Shown: positions 22,967 to 34,411 of the stretch, piece by piece
Position numbering within the stretch: position 1 is the first letter of the stretch
Layout: the number at the start of each line of letters is the position of its first letter
Source of the DNA: an uncultured Pseudomonadota bacterium
Lineage (GTDB): Bacteria > Pseudomonadota > Gammaproteobacteria > Ga0077536
DNA length: 64,000 nucleotides
NCBI GenBank assembly: GCA_903825645.1
Contig: CAIKBL010000041.1
Location: forward strand, 8,375-72,374
Direction: 5' to 3'
Program-made: the position numbers and the translations under genes
The notes under the pieces: model-generated
What the model was told of the DNA's origin: nothing
The model's database searches: none
The model's input: the letters and a program-made list of their open reading frames with translations, nothing else

Positions 22967-23478
22967 ACGGGAAATGCCTCCCGAATCTGCGTCACTATCT
23001 CGGTAACCGGGAAAGCACTTGTATCAATGCTCATGCGCGCCGTCTCGCAGTAAAAGTCCGCGCGCTCCGCGAGGATATTTCTCAAGCGCGTAGCGCGATC
23101 GTCGGTATTCAGAAGCGGTCTATTCACATCATTGCGGGTTCGAGCCAAAAGCTCGTCCAAACCGGCAAAAAGAAAGACGGTAAATCCGCGCGAGATAAGT
23201 GCTGCGCGATTAGCCGCGTCGAGCACTGCGCCACCACCGGTAGCGAGCACGATATCATCAATCTGGGTCAACTCGTCAATGAGCCGACGCTCCCGGAGGC
23301 GAAAACCGGCCTCGCCCTCCAGATCGAAGATCAGCGAGACTCGCGCACCGGTCCGTCTCTCCAGTTCTTGATCGCAATCGATGAAGCGTCGCTTCAGTGC
23401 TTTGGCAAGCCGTTTGCCAATAGTCGTTTTCCCCGCGCCCATCGGGCCAATCAGAAAAATTCCGTTATGCTTCGACAT
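22963..23478 (-). CDS. aroK: Shikimate kinase
   Basis: GPMGAGKTTIG, EGEAGFR, ATGGG and RPLL. Confidence 0.96.
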   Translation of the reverse strand: MSKHNGIFLIGPMGAGKTTIGKRLAKALKRRFIDCDQELERRTGARVSLIFDLEGEAGFRLRERRLIDELTQIDDIVLATGGGAVLDAANRAALISRGFTVFLFAGLDELLARTRNDVNRPLLNTDDRATRLRNILAERADFYCETARMSIDTSAFPVTEIVTQIREAFPV

Positions 23479-23535
23479 TCAACTGTAACCTGTCCAGTCT
23501 GCGCAGCCGGGATTTTTTCCGCTCACCAAGAAGGC

Positions 23536-23569
23536 AAAAAGAAGGCGCGGGGCGCGTGGCACCCCGCGC
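23536..23569 (-). terminator. Rho-independent terminator between pilQ and aroK
   Basis: Minus strand GCGCGGGGTG-CCACG-CGCCCCGCGC hairpin followed by CTTCTTTTT. Confidence 0.7.
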
Positions 23570-23586
23570 AGCCGAACAGACACGCG

Positions 23587-25788
23587 TCACCGCGTAGAAA
23601 CAGACATTGCTTCCTTGAGAATTTTGGGCGTGACGAAGATCAAGAGTTCTTTCTTCGTCGCCTTGATCGCGTTGTTCTTGAAAAGGTTACCCACATAAGG
23701 CAACTCTCCGAAAAACGGGACGAGTGTTTTGGTGACCGTGTGCTCGGATTGATAGATGCCTCCTAGCACGACCGTTTCGCCGTTGTCGATCAGCACCTGC
23801 GTATCAACCTCATTGGTGTCGATGCTAGGTACGCCGTTGAACACCGTACCCACCGAATCCCTATTGACCTTCAAGTCCATAATCACGCGATCGTCCGGGG
23901 TCACGTGCGGGGTCACCTTGAGCGCGAGGACCGCCTTTTTGAAAGAGACCGACGTGGCGCCACTGGAACTCGCCTCTTGGTAAGGAATTTCAGTACCTGT
24001 CTCAATCAGCGCTTCTTTCTGGTTCGCGGTGATGACTTGCGGGCTTGCGATGACTTCGCCACGCCCTTCCGTCTGCAACGCCGACAATTGGAGTTGCAAT
24101 AAGTTACTGCCAATTTTTCCAATTGCCCAATTCATCGCGCCCGCCGGGTTCGTGACCGGGAGGTCGACAAGGTAATTCTCCTGAGTCCCACTCGCCGCAA
24201 ACGCCGTCGTTTTAGGGTAGGTGATGCTACCCGGGATCCCGCCGCCAATTTGACTCGTAAAGCCCGTTTTTCCGGCGTTAGACTGACTGTAGCCGAACTG
24301 AACGCCGATATCTTTGCTGAAGTCGTCGTTCGCGACGACAATTCTGGATTCAATCAGCACCTGCCGCACCGGAATATCCAGCGCCTCCACCACGCGCCGG
24401 AGATCGCCCAGCGCCTCCGCCGTATCCTGAACCAGAAGCGTGTTCGTCCTTTCATCCACGCTGACGTTACCCCGAGGGGTCAACAGCTTATTAGTCTTTG
24501 TTTTCATTAAATCGGCCAAGGCCTGCGCCTTCGCGTAATTCACGTGCACAAATTCGGTCTTGAGTGGTGATAATTCCTGCAGTTGTTTCTGCGATTCCAG
24601 TTCCAGCTTCTCGCGGGATGCGATCTCTTCCTGCGGGGCAACCATAATCACGTTGCCGGATTTGCGCATGCCGAGACCTTTGGTCTTTAGAATGAGGTCC
24701 ATCGCCTGATCCCACGGCACATTTTTCAACCGCAACGTCACCCTGCCTGTCACCGTATCGCTGGCGACCAGGTTGAAGCCATTGAAATCTGCGATCAGCT
24801 GCAGCACCGCACGAACTTCTATATCCTGGAAGTTGAGGGACAATCGCTCTCCCGTGTAACCAAATTTATCTTTTTTAAGTTCGTCTTGCTCTGTTTTGCT
24901 CAGCGGGCGGAGTTCTAAGGTAAAAATATTGTCCGACTGATACGCCATGTGGTCATAGGGTCCCTTCGGCGTCACTACCATACGGGTGCCGTTACCATGA
25001 CGGGTGGTATCTATTTCCTGAGCGGGCGTCGCGAAATCCAGGACATCCAACTTGCGATCAAGCTCGGTCGGCAGCGTGGTATCAACGAAGTCAACAATCA
25101 ACTTCCCGCCCTGCTCGTCGATGTTGATCCCAATGTTCGGATCCGAGAGGTTGACCATGATCTGTGCCTCGCCCCGAGGACCGCGTCTGAAATCAATCCC
25201 TTTGACGCTCGCACCGGTCGCATGCCCCGGCATCGTCAGCATGTTAGCCGGCGACTTGTTGGAAACAGCTGCTGCCTTGGGTACGCTCGCGCCGGTGGCT
25301 CCTTTGAGCGCCGTGATATCGCTTTGGATACCGTCAAGCGTCAAGGTCACTGTATTACCCGCCGTCTGAATCTTGTACGGCACAAGTTGGACAAGGTTGA
25401 CCACTACCCGAGTACGCCCTTCGGCCTCCACCGCCGTTACCGTGTCAACTTTACCGATACCTACCTTTGCCGTTTTATTCTTCAGGCCAAGTTGTGTCCC
25501 TGGAAAATCAAGCGCAATGCGAGCCGGGTTATCGATCGTGAAATTGAGCGGATCTGCGCTCAGCGCTTCGCTCAGCGTCAATTTGACCTGCACGCTGCCA
25601 CCAGGCAATGAGGTAAACTTGATGTCATTTAACGTGCCCGCTAGTGCCCACACGGGTAAGCCACCGCCGAGCAGCAAGCTGGAGAAGGCGAACAGCAGCG
25701 ACCATAGTGGTCCACGGGAGGTGCGCGCGATGCAACGTCGGGACGTGACTGCGGCGGAATGTTGCTCGTTAGCTTTCCTGGTTCTCAT
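23587..25788 (-). CDS. pilQ: Type IV pilus secretin
   Basis: AMIN domains, SLNFQDIEVR, VPWDQA, DERTNTL, QVLIESRIV and ELLIFVTPKI. Confidence 0.96.
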   Translation of the reverse strand: MRTRKANEQHSAAVTSRRCIARTSRGPLWSLLFAFSSLLLGGGLPVWALAGTLNDIKFTSLPGGSVQVKLTLSEALSADPLNFTIDNPARIALDFPGTQLGLKNKTAKVGIGKVDTVTAVEAEGRTRVVVNLVQLVPYKIQTAGNTVTLTLDGIQSDITALKGATGASVPKAAAVSNKSPANMLTMPGHATGASVKGIDFRRGPRGEAQIMVNLSDPNIGINIDEQGGKLIVDFVDTTLPTELDRKLDVLDFATPAQEIDTTRHGNGTRMVVTPKGPYDHMAYQSDNIFTLELRPLSKTEQDELKKDKFGYTGERLSLNFQDIEVRAVLQLIADFNGFNLVASDTVTGRVTLRLKNVPWDQAMDLILKTKGLGMRKSGNVIMVAPQEEIASREKLELESQKQLQELSPLKTEFVHVNYAKAQALADLMKTKTNKLLTPRGNVSVDERTNTLLVQDTAEALGDLRRVVEALDIPVRQVLIESRIVVANDDFSKDIGVQFGYSQSNAGKTGFTSQIGGGIPGSITYPKTTAFAASGTQENYLVDLPVTNPAGAMNWAIGKIGSNLLQLQLSALQTEGRGEVIASPQVITANQKEALIETGTEIPYQEASSSGATSVSFKKAVLALKVTPHVTPDDRVIMDLKVNRDSVGTVFNGVPSIDTNEVDTQVLIDNGETVVLGGIYQSEHTVTKTLVPFFGELPYVGNLFKNNAIKATKKELLIFVTPKILKEAMSVSTR

Positions 25789-25803
25789 GCGCGATTACCC
25801 CTT

Positions 25804-26391
25804 TTATGGGTTGCCTTCTTCAATAAGCGTCAAACTCGCCTGACGCTCTTCCCATCGTCCCTCAGAATCCTTGACGACTTCGCGCAACTCAATACGGTCC
25901 TCTTGGATAGTGAGGATTTTTCCGAAGTTACGCCCCAGGTAATTTCCGACCTGTACGCGATGTACAGTCCCTGTCTTGTCCTTGACGACTGCCCACAGCG
26001 CCGCATCGCCCTGCAGCGTGCCGACCATACGTAGACTGTCCACCTCAAAGGCCTCTAATTCTTCACTGTTATGGGCTGCCATTTCATCCATAAATCGCTG
26101 TTGGCGCTTATCGTTACGCCGATCAGCCGCCATTTCCTTTTGAGGCACATCGTTTAAGACGTCCCGAAAAGGATCTCGTGCACTCGCCTCTCCAGACTGA
26201 TAGAGGTAGCGCTCATAAGGGCGAATAGGTGGCAACGGTTCAATCTGTCCACCGGGCCGTTTCAGCACACCCGCGACATAATCTTCTAGATCGGTCTTGT
26301 CGCGATTGACACAGCCCGCGAACAACCCAAGCAACACAAAAAGCCCCAGGTAGCGCGTTAAATAGCCACTTGACGTTCTGGTACCGCTCAT
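25804..26391 (-). CDS. pilP: Type IV pilus lipoprotein PilP
   Basis: Lipobox LFAGC, RDPF, LEAFEVDSLRMVG and GNYLGRNFG. Confidence 0.93.
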   Translation of the reverse strand: MSGTRTSSGYLTRYLGLFVLLGLFAGCVNRDKTDLEDYVAGVLKRPGGQIEPLPPIRPYERYLYQSGEASARDPFRDVLNDVPQKEMAADRRNDKRQQRFMDEMAAHNSEELEAFEVDSLRMVGTLQGDAALWAVVKDKTGTVHRVQVGNYLGRNFGKILTIQEDRIELREVVKDSEGRWEERQASLTLIEEGNP

Positions 26392-27014
26392 TTTCGCACC
26401 GCTTTATCTGACTTGCCCGAGGCTTCCTGCCGTTCCTCTTCTTCGTCCATATAGCGATAGGTCTTGGCGGTAGTTTCGAGGGTCAGGAGACCGCCCACCT
26501 TTGGCGTTATTCGGATATCGTGGTTCGTCACGATGCGGGGAAGATCAGACACGCCGCTAATAAAATTACCGATCGCATGATAGTTGCCCACCACCTTTAT
26601 TTGGATCGGTAATTCGACGTAGAAATCTGCCGGCTTCTCAGCGCCCGGTTTGAATAACTCGAACTCCAGTCCGGCGGCAAGTCCCTGTTGGGAAATATCA
26701 ACGAGCAGTGCAGCAACCTCCGTTTTGTTCGGTAACCGTTTAAGTAGGTCACCGAATGTTTCTTTTATGTCACCTAACTGCTGCTTCAGGGCTTCGAGAT
26801 TAACGGCTTTCTTCTGTGCGTTCTCTAATTGTCCCTTGAGCGCCACTTCTTTTTCCTGATCCTGTTCGAGCGCGTCTTGTAATGTACTGATATCGTTCCA
26901 GTAGATCAGGCTTCCCAGAGCCCCGCACACCAGCAAGATGAAAACGGCTTTGACTGGCTTCGGCCACGTTCCGATGTTACTGAGTGTCAGATTGTTGAAG
27001 TCTGACATTTTCAT
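26388..27014 (-). CDS. pilO: Type IV pilus protein PilO
   Basis: IGTWP, LPNKTEV, FYVELPI, LPRIV and AKTYRY. Confidence 0.94.
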   Translation of the reverse strand: MKMSDFNNLTLSNIGTWPKPVKAVFILLVCGALGSLIYWNDISTLQDALEQDQEKEVALKGQLENAQKKAVNLEALKQQLGDIKETFGDLLKRLPNKTEVAALLVDISQQGLAAGLEFELFKPGAEKPADFYVELPIQIKVVGNYHAIGNFISGVSDLPRIVTNHDIRITPKVGGLLTLETTAKTYRYMDEEEERQEASGKSDKAVRK

Positions 27015-27585
27015 GTTTGGTCATCCTCTCCTTGCGCGTTAGCACGTGGGACCACCTGCTCGGCTTTCAGGGTGAAGCTGGAAATGCGGTGCTTTTCAGC
27101 ATCGGTCGTCTCAATGATTTCGAGTTTCGGATTCTTGAGCCATTCGGATTTCTCAATATTCCGCATGAAATTTGAAACCCGTGCATTCGATTCGGCGACG
27201 CCTTTAACTTCAATAATGCGATTAGTTTGCGACAGCTGCTTCAGATACACGCCATCCGGTATCGTCCGAACAAGCTCATCGAATAGATGCACGACGATAG
27301 GCCGGCTGGTCTGGAGCGATTGAATCGCCTTCATCCGCGCGACGAGTCTGGCTTTCTCTCTTTCAAGTTCCCTGATCTCGTGGATTTGCTTATCCAGCTT
27401 GCCAATTTCCGCCATAAGATACTGATTTCGTTCACTCTGAAAATCGAGGCAACTCTGAAAATAAAAATGCGTAATTGCGGATATCAAAACCACTACGCCG
27501 GCGCAGATTCCAACAATGGCTAAGAACTCTGTACGGCGTTGACGCCTGCGTTCGGCTCGCCAGGGCAGCAGGTTGATGCGGGCCA

Positions 27586-27586
<1 letters not shown>
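27011..27586 (-). CDS. pilN: Type IV pilus protein PilN
   Basis: MARINLLPWR, IPDGVYL and GVAESNARVS. Confidence 0.94.
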
Positions 27587-28698
<1,112 letters not shown>

Positions 28699-28820
28699 TT
28701 AGAGGTTGAACACAACTATAGCCAACCGTTTTTTAAAATACAAATTGTTTATTTTTAAAATTTCAATATAAAACCAGACCTTATCTAAAATTCCTAATGT
28801 AAAGCCTTGTAGATATAGCT

Positions 28821-31274
28821 ATGAGGTTTTGTGGTAACCACAATATGTTGCGTCTCGCGTTTTACGCGGTGCTCCTCAGCTTCGCACTGATGATATCGGC
28901 CATCGTCGGCTTAGCTTGGTGGGTACTGCCCCAACTACCGCCGACAGAAAGTCTACAGGACGTCCGATTCCAGACCCCGTTGAAAGTGTATACCCGAGAC
29001 GGCAGCTTGATTGCCGAGTTCGGTGAAAAATTGCGCACTCCGGTTGCGATAAAAGATGTTCCTATATTGGTGAAACAGGCGTTTCTGGCCGCTGAAGACG
29101 ATCGGTTCTACGAGCACCCCGGCGTCGATGGGATGGCCTTGCTACGGGCGGCGTTTAACGTCGCGCGCTCGCAGGAACGCTCTCAGGGGGGCAGTACCAT
29201 CACGATGCAAGTTGCCCGCAACTTCTTCTTAAGTCGCGAAAAAACCTACCAACGGAAACTACGCGAAATTGCACTTGCCATCAAAATTGAGCGCGAGCTC
29301 ACAAAAAATCAGATCCTGGAGTTGTATTTAAATAAAATTTTTCTGGGTCACCGCGCTTACGGAGTTGCAGCGGCAGCACAAGTCTATTTCGGCTGCCAGT
29401 TGAAAGATCTGACGCTGGCCCAGATAGCGCTCATCGCTGGCTTACCGAAAGCGCCTTCGCGCCTCAATCCGGTCACCGATCCGCGCGCGGCAGTGGCTCG
29501 CCGGGGTTACGTCCTGAGTCGTATGCTAGAACTTGGCTTTATCAACCGCGAAGCATTTGCGGCAGCCCAGCAAGAACCCTTGATCGCACATCTTCACGGA
29601 CAAGCCGTCGAGACCAACGCGCCACATCTGGCCGAAATGGCACGCACGTTTATGGGGGGAAAGTTCGGCGAGGCCGCCTTTACCCAAGGCTACCGGGTGA
29701 TTACCACGATTCTCCACGAAAACCAGACAGCGGCAGTCAACGCGCTAACCTCAACTCTGACCGAATACGACCGACGTCATGGATACCGAGGACCAGAGGC
29801 TAACCTAAATCTAGCCGCAACGCCGAGTACCAAGTGGGCGGAGCTCCTGAACGCCTACCCATCGGTCGGGGATCTCGCTGCCGTAATAGTGACCACTGTC
29901 GGCGAACGAGAAATCGAGGCGCTCGACGCACAAGGAAACCGTTTAAAAATAGGTTGGTCCGGCATGAGCTGGGCACGGCGCCACATCAGCCCCGACCAGG
30001 TCGGGCCGACGCCCCACGGTGCCGGCGACTTCCTAAAACCGGGCGACGTGATCCGGATCAGCTGGGTAGCATCCACGCCAAACCAGCACGACAGGGCGCA
30101 CAAAACCGAATCGGGCGGCTGGCGTCTCGCACAGAAACCGGCTGTCGAGGCTGCTTTGGTGTCACTCGATTCAGGCGACGGCGCCATCATGGCACTGGTA
30201 GGTGGCTATAACTTTGCGCTCAGCAAATTCAATCGCGTCACACAGGCCTTACGACAGCCGGGATCGAACTTTAAACCCTTCATTTACTCGGCTGCGCTGA
30301 ATAATGGCTTTACGCCGGCGAGTTACATCAACGATGCCCCCATCGTTTTTGATGCGCCAGGGCTTGATGCCGCCTGGCGCCCGGAAAACTACACGGGCAC
30401 CTACTACGGCCCGACGAGTCTGCGTGACGCGTTGGCGAACTCTCGAAACTTAGTCTCTATTCGCGTGATGCGCGAAGTCGGCATCGATAAGACGCTTGCG
30501 CATATCAGTCGTTTCGGTTTCGACCCCGCGAAGATGCCGCACAACCTATCACTGTCGCTTGGCACCGGAGAAGTGACTCCATTGCAACTCATAACAGGAT
30601 ACGCGACGTTTTCGAATGGGGGATTTTTGATCGAGCCTTATTTTGTATCTCGCGTGGAAGATCAAGACGGCAAAGTCGTATGGCGCGCGACGCCCAAAAA
30701 AGCTTGTCCGACGTGCGAACTGACGCCGCCTGAGCATACCGAGCCTGGCGATCTGGAGGCCTTGCGCTCAACTGTAGAAATACCCGCCGAGCAGCGTGCG
30801 TCACGGGTCATTGACGCCCAAAATGCGTGGCTCATGTATTCAATGTTGAAAGATGTCATTACACGGGGCACCGCGCGTCGGGCTCTCGAGCTGAAACGAC
30901 CCGATCTTGCCGGCAAAACGGGCACGACAAACGATCTCAAAGATGCGTGGTTCTCGGGCTTTAACGGGCACATCGTGACCACTGCTTGGATCGGTTCCGA
31001 CAATTCAACTACTTTGGGCTCGCAGGAAACTGGCGCCCACGCTGCGCTCCCCATGTGGATTGAATACATGCGCAGTGCCCTAAAAGGAAAGCCTCTCGCA
31101 GAGCTCGCGCTCCCACCAGGTATGGTCACCGTGCGGGTACAACCAAATAGTACGGCCGCCGCGAGCTACGAGACTTTTCGGGCGCAAGATGTCCCGCAAT
31201 CTGCCGGCGGCTCACCGGCTGCACACCCTCAGGCAGCGCCACCGCCGTCCAAGACAGTCGAGCAACTCTTCTGA
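28821..31274 (+). CDS. mrcA: Penicillin-binding protein 1A
   Basis: EDDRFYEHPG, GGSTITMQVARN, RQPGSNFKPF, SRN and KTGT. Divergent from pilM. Confidence 0.95.
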   Translation: MRFCGNHNMLRLAFYAVLLSFALMISAIVGLAWWVLPQLPPTESLQDVRFQTPLKVYTRDGSLIAEFGEKLRTPVAIKDVPILVKQAFLAAEDDRFYEHPGVDGMALLRAAFNVARSQERSQGGSTITMQVARNFFLSREKTYQRKLREIALAIKIERELTKNQILELYLNKIFLGHRAYGVAAAAQVYFGCQLKDLTLAQIALIAGLPKAPSRLNPVTDPRAAVARRGYVLSRMLELGFINREAFAAAQQEPLIAHLHGQAVETNAPHLAEMARTFMGGKFGEAAFTQGYRVITTILHENQTAAVNALTSTLTEYDRRHGYRGPEANLNLAATPSTKWAELLNAYPSVGDLAAVIVTTVGEREIEALDAQGNRLKIGWSGMSWARRHISPDQVGPTPHGAGDFLKPGDVIRISWVASTPNQHDRAHKTESGGWRLAQKPAVEAALVSLDSGDGAIMALVGGYNFALSKFNRVTQALRQPGSNFKPFIYSAALNNGFTPASYINDAPIVFDAPGLDAAWRPENYTGTYYGPTSLRDALANSRNLVSIRVMREVGIDKTLAHISRFGFDPAKMPHNLSLSLGTGEVTPLQLITGYATFSNGGFLIEPYFVSRVEDQDGKVVWRATPKKACPTCELTPPEHTEPGDLEALRSTVEIPAEQRASRVIDAQNAWLMYSMLKDVITRGTARRALELKRPDLAGKTGTTNDLKDAWFSGFNGHIVTTAWIGSDNSTTLGSQETGAHAALPMWIEYMRSALKGKPLAELALPPGMVTVRVQPNSTAAASYETFRAQDVPQSAGGSPAAHPQAAPPPSKTVEQLF

Positions 31275-31291
31275 AAAAGCAGGATCCCGCC

Positions 31292-31957
31292 ATGCGTTCT
31301 CGACGCCGGGAGAATTCCGTCCGACACGGTCTCATCGCGCAATTAGCGGCCCGGCTATTGGTCGAAGGGGCAGCGTGCGACTTTGAATCGGCCAAACACA
31401 AAGCGGCCGCCACGATGTCGCTTAGCGAACGTAATGAGCTACCGGATAATCTGACGATACTTGGCGCAGTCATCGAGTACCAGCGGCTTTTTGAACACGG
31501 AAAATTACACGATAGAAACGCCAAGTTACGCAAAGCCGCACTCGAAGCCATGCGTTTTCTAGAAAAATTTTCGCCACGTTTACACGGCGCCGTGCTGTAC
31601 GGGACATGCCTGCGTCATTCGGCGGTCGGGCTCCATCTTTTTGCAGATGAAGTCGAAAGCGTCACACGCCACCTTCTTCAAAGCCGTCTTGTTTTCAGGC
31701 TAGGGCAAACGCGCCCAGACCGAGACGGCCGACATATGGACAGTGCTATTCAGCTCGAAATCAGTCGGGATGGTATTGACTTCGTCCTCACCGTTTTGCC
31801 CATGCGATGTCTGCGTCATCCCATTAGCAGCCCACTAACGAATAGCGCCTACCAGTATATGGATCAGGCTCAACTATCGACATTACTGGCCGAAGACGCC
31901 GGCCGATTAAATCTCGCGGAACTCAAACTCCCCAACACAGGGGGCTTACCCCTGTGA
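31292..31957 (+). CDS. Conserved hypothetical protein, possibly a degenerate nucleotidyltransferase-like fold
   Basis: IAQLAARLLVEG...AKHKAA...LPDN...YQRLF...PRLHGAVLYGT...LHLFAD resembles a beta/gammaproteobacterial family I recall but did not verify. Confidence 0.65.
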   Translation: MRSRRRENSVRHGLIAQLAARLLVEGAACDFESAKHKAAATMSLSERNELPDNLTILGAVIEYQRLFEHGKLHDRNAKLRKAALEAMRFLEKFSPRLHGAVLYGTCLRHSAVGLHLFADEVESVTRHLLQSRLVFRLGQTRPDRDGRHMDSAIQLEISRDGIDFVLTVLPMRCLRHPISSPLTNSAYQYMDQAQLSTLLAEDAGRLNLAELKLPNTGGLPL

Positions 31958-34170
31958 ATGGATCCTTTCCCCGTTTTCTTAAAGTGGCGGTTTTTGCGCC
32001 ACTACGGAGTTTTTTTGACTACCTATATCCCACTCATTCGACCGACGCGATCGCTCCCGGATGTCGAGTGATGGTCCCTTTCGGCCGCAGCACACGAATT
32101 GGCATGGTAGTTGGCGCTGCCGAGACCAGTCATATCGACAAGCCAAAACTCAAAGCTATTTGCGAAGTCCTAGATCTGACGCCGATTATCGATCCCTCGT
32201 TGCTTTCGTTGGCGGCATGGGCAATCGACTATTATCACTGTCCCCCCGGGGAGGTGTACGAGGCACTGTTGCCCGGTGAATTACGTCGAGGAAATGCCCT
32301 CAGGACGTCCGAAAAAGAATTCTGGAAAATCACAGAATCCGGCAAAAAAATGCTCGTAACCGGCCACAAACTGGGCCCTCGCCAACGGGAAACTCTACTA
32401 CGGGCCTCCGACGGCGAACTTAGCCGTGACGCGTTAGGTAGCGAGCGGGTGACCTTGAACCGCGTGATAGCGGACTGCACGCGCCGAGGCTGGCTCTACT
32501 CGATGCGTCGGGCAGTCCTGCCTGATCCCCTCGTCATCCCGTACGATAACTTCTTGGCGCTTAACCCGGCCCAGACGGCGGCGATGACTCACCTCCAAGG
32601 CATCAAGACGGGATACCGGACGCATCTGCTGCATGGCGTAACGGGCAGCGGCAAAACCGAAATTTATTTGCATCTGGTTCGTGATGTCGTCGCTGTGGGC
32701 GGCCAGGCGTTGATCCTCATTCCTGAGATAGGGCTCACCGAGCAGTTGGTGAAGCGCTTTGAGGCGCGGTTTGGCACCCTCGTGGCCGTCCTTCATTCCG
32801 GTCTCGGAGAACGCGCCCGTGCGGAAGTCTGGCAACGCTGCAAGACACAGGAAATACGCGTCCTACTCGGCACACGCTCAGCGGTCTGGCTTCCCCTGCC
32901 CGAGCTGCGTCTGATCGTTGTCGATGAAGAGCACGATCAATCCTACAAGCAGCAAGAAGGTCTACGCTATTCGGCAAGAGACATTGCCGTTGTTCGCGCC
33001 CATCGCGTAGGGATCCCGATCGTGCTGGGATCTGCAACCCCATCGCTCGAATCGCTTTTAAACTGCGACCGCGGTAAGTATCAGTACGTCGCAATTCCTT
33101 CGCGTGCCGCAGGCGCCACCTTGCCTCGCATCCAGGTTTTGGATATCCGCGGGCTACACGTCGAAGCAGGACTCAGTGAGCCACTACAGGCGGCGATAAA
33201 GCTCCGGGCGTCGCGCGGAGAGCAATCACTAATATTTCTTAACAGACGCGGCTTTGCGCCTGTGGTGCTTTGCCACCGTTGTGGATGGATCGCAAGCTGT
33301 CCGCGTTGCGATGCTCGGCTGGTGATTCACAAGGAAGAACAACAGTTGCGGTGTCATCACTGCGGTACTGCGCGCAACCTAAAAGCACGGTTTGCAGGTC
33401 ACCCGTGTGGCGAATTGACTACCTTTGCCAGCGTCGGAGTAGGCACGGAACAACTTGAATCCGCAATGCCTATTCTTTTCCCAGGCTTGCGTGCCATACG
33501 GATCGATCGTGATTCGATGACGCGTAAGGGCGAGCTTGAGCGCGCTTTTGAGACCATCAATGCGGGGGACGTCGACATCTTGGTTGGGACCCAAATGATT
33601 GCGAAAGGGCATGACTTCTCGCGGGTAACGCTGGTGGGGATTGTGGATGGCGATAGCGGTCTTCTTGCAACCGATTTTCGAGCCGAAGAGCGCTTCGTGC
33701 AACTCATCATGCAAGTCGCGGGGCGCGCGGGGCGCGGCATAAACTCGGGAGAAGTTTTAATCCAGAGTCACCACCCGCATCACCCCGCATTCGAGTACCT
33801 GAAAAGGGGCGATTACCGCGAATTCGCCGACCACGCCCTGCGGGAGCGCAGCGCGGCAGAGCTGCCTCCCGAAACCACGCTGGCGCTACTGCGAGCAGAG
33901 GCGACGGAGCGTCCAATCCCGTTACGTTTCCTGCAGCAGCTTGTCGCGACACTCAAACCCCTGCTACCTGCGGGCGTTACCCTTGGAGGTCCTATTCCAG
34001 CGCTAATGGAGAGACGAATTGGCAAATTCAGGGCGAATCTACTTTTGACCTCCCATGATCGAGCCACACTGTCGGAAGCGATCACGCTCATGCTCCGTCA
34101 AATTGATCACTGCCCGCTCGCCAGAAAGGTCCGTTGGTCACTAGACGTAGACGCCCAGGAAATAGCGTGA
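31954..34170 (+). CDS. priA: Primosomal protein N' (helicase)
   Basis: GVTGSGKTE, DEEHD, GSATPS, Cys-rich Zn module, GTQMIAKGHDF and QVAGRAGR. Confidence 0.97.
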   Translation: MNGSFPRFLKVAVFAPLRSFFDYLYPTHSTDAIAPGCRVMVPFGRSTRIGMVVGAAETSHIDKPKLKAICEVLDLTPIIDPSLLSLAAWAIDYYHCPPGEVYEALLPGELRRGNALRTSEKEFWKITESGKKMLVTGHKLGPRQRETLLRASDGELSRDALGSERVTLNRVIADCTRRGWLYSMRRAVLPDPLVIPYDNFLALNPAQTAAMTHLQGIKTGYRTHLLHGVTGSGKTEIYLHLVRDVVAVGGQALILIPEIGLTEQLVKRFEARFGTLVAVLHSGLGERARAEVWQRCKTQEIRVLLGTRSAVWLPLPELRLIVVDEEHDQSYKQQEGLRYSARDIAVVRAHRVGIPIVLGSATPSLESLLNCDRGKYQYVAIPSRAAGATLPRIQVLDIRGLHVEAGLSEPLQAAIKLRASRGEQSLIFLNRRGFAPVVLCHRCGWIASCPRCDARLVIHKEEQQLRCHHCGTARNLKARFAGHPCGELTTFASVGVGTEQLESAMPILFPGLRAIRIDRDSMTRKGELERAFETINAGDVDILVGTQMIAKGHDFSRVTLVGIVDGDSGLLATDFRAEERFVQLIMQVAGRAGRGINSGEVLIQSHHPHHPAFEYLKRGDYREFADHALRERSAAELPPETTLALLRAEATERPIPLRFLQQLVATLKPLLPAGVTLGGPIPALMERRIGKFRANLLLTSHDRATLSEAITLMLRQIDHCPLARKVRWSLDVDAQEIA

Positions 34171-34411
34171 GGCGGGCTGTTTTGGGAACGCGTGCAAAGC
34201 GCTGAGCCTTGTGCGGCGAAGGACGCGCGCGACCCACGGGACAATCGCCGGGATTTCCGTAATGGACAAACGCTGATACTGTTCCGGCCGCCTTACCCGA
34301 TGACCATGACGGCGGAACTCGCCGAAGCGTAAGATCGTAGGTCAAGTTGGCCGATCGGGAACCTAAGTGCCATGCATCGTGGTACCCCCCCGATGCCGAA
34401 AAGAGGTTGAA

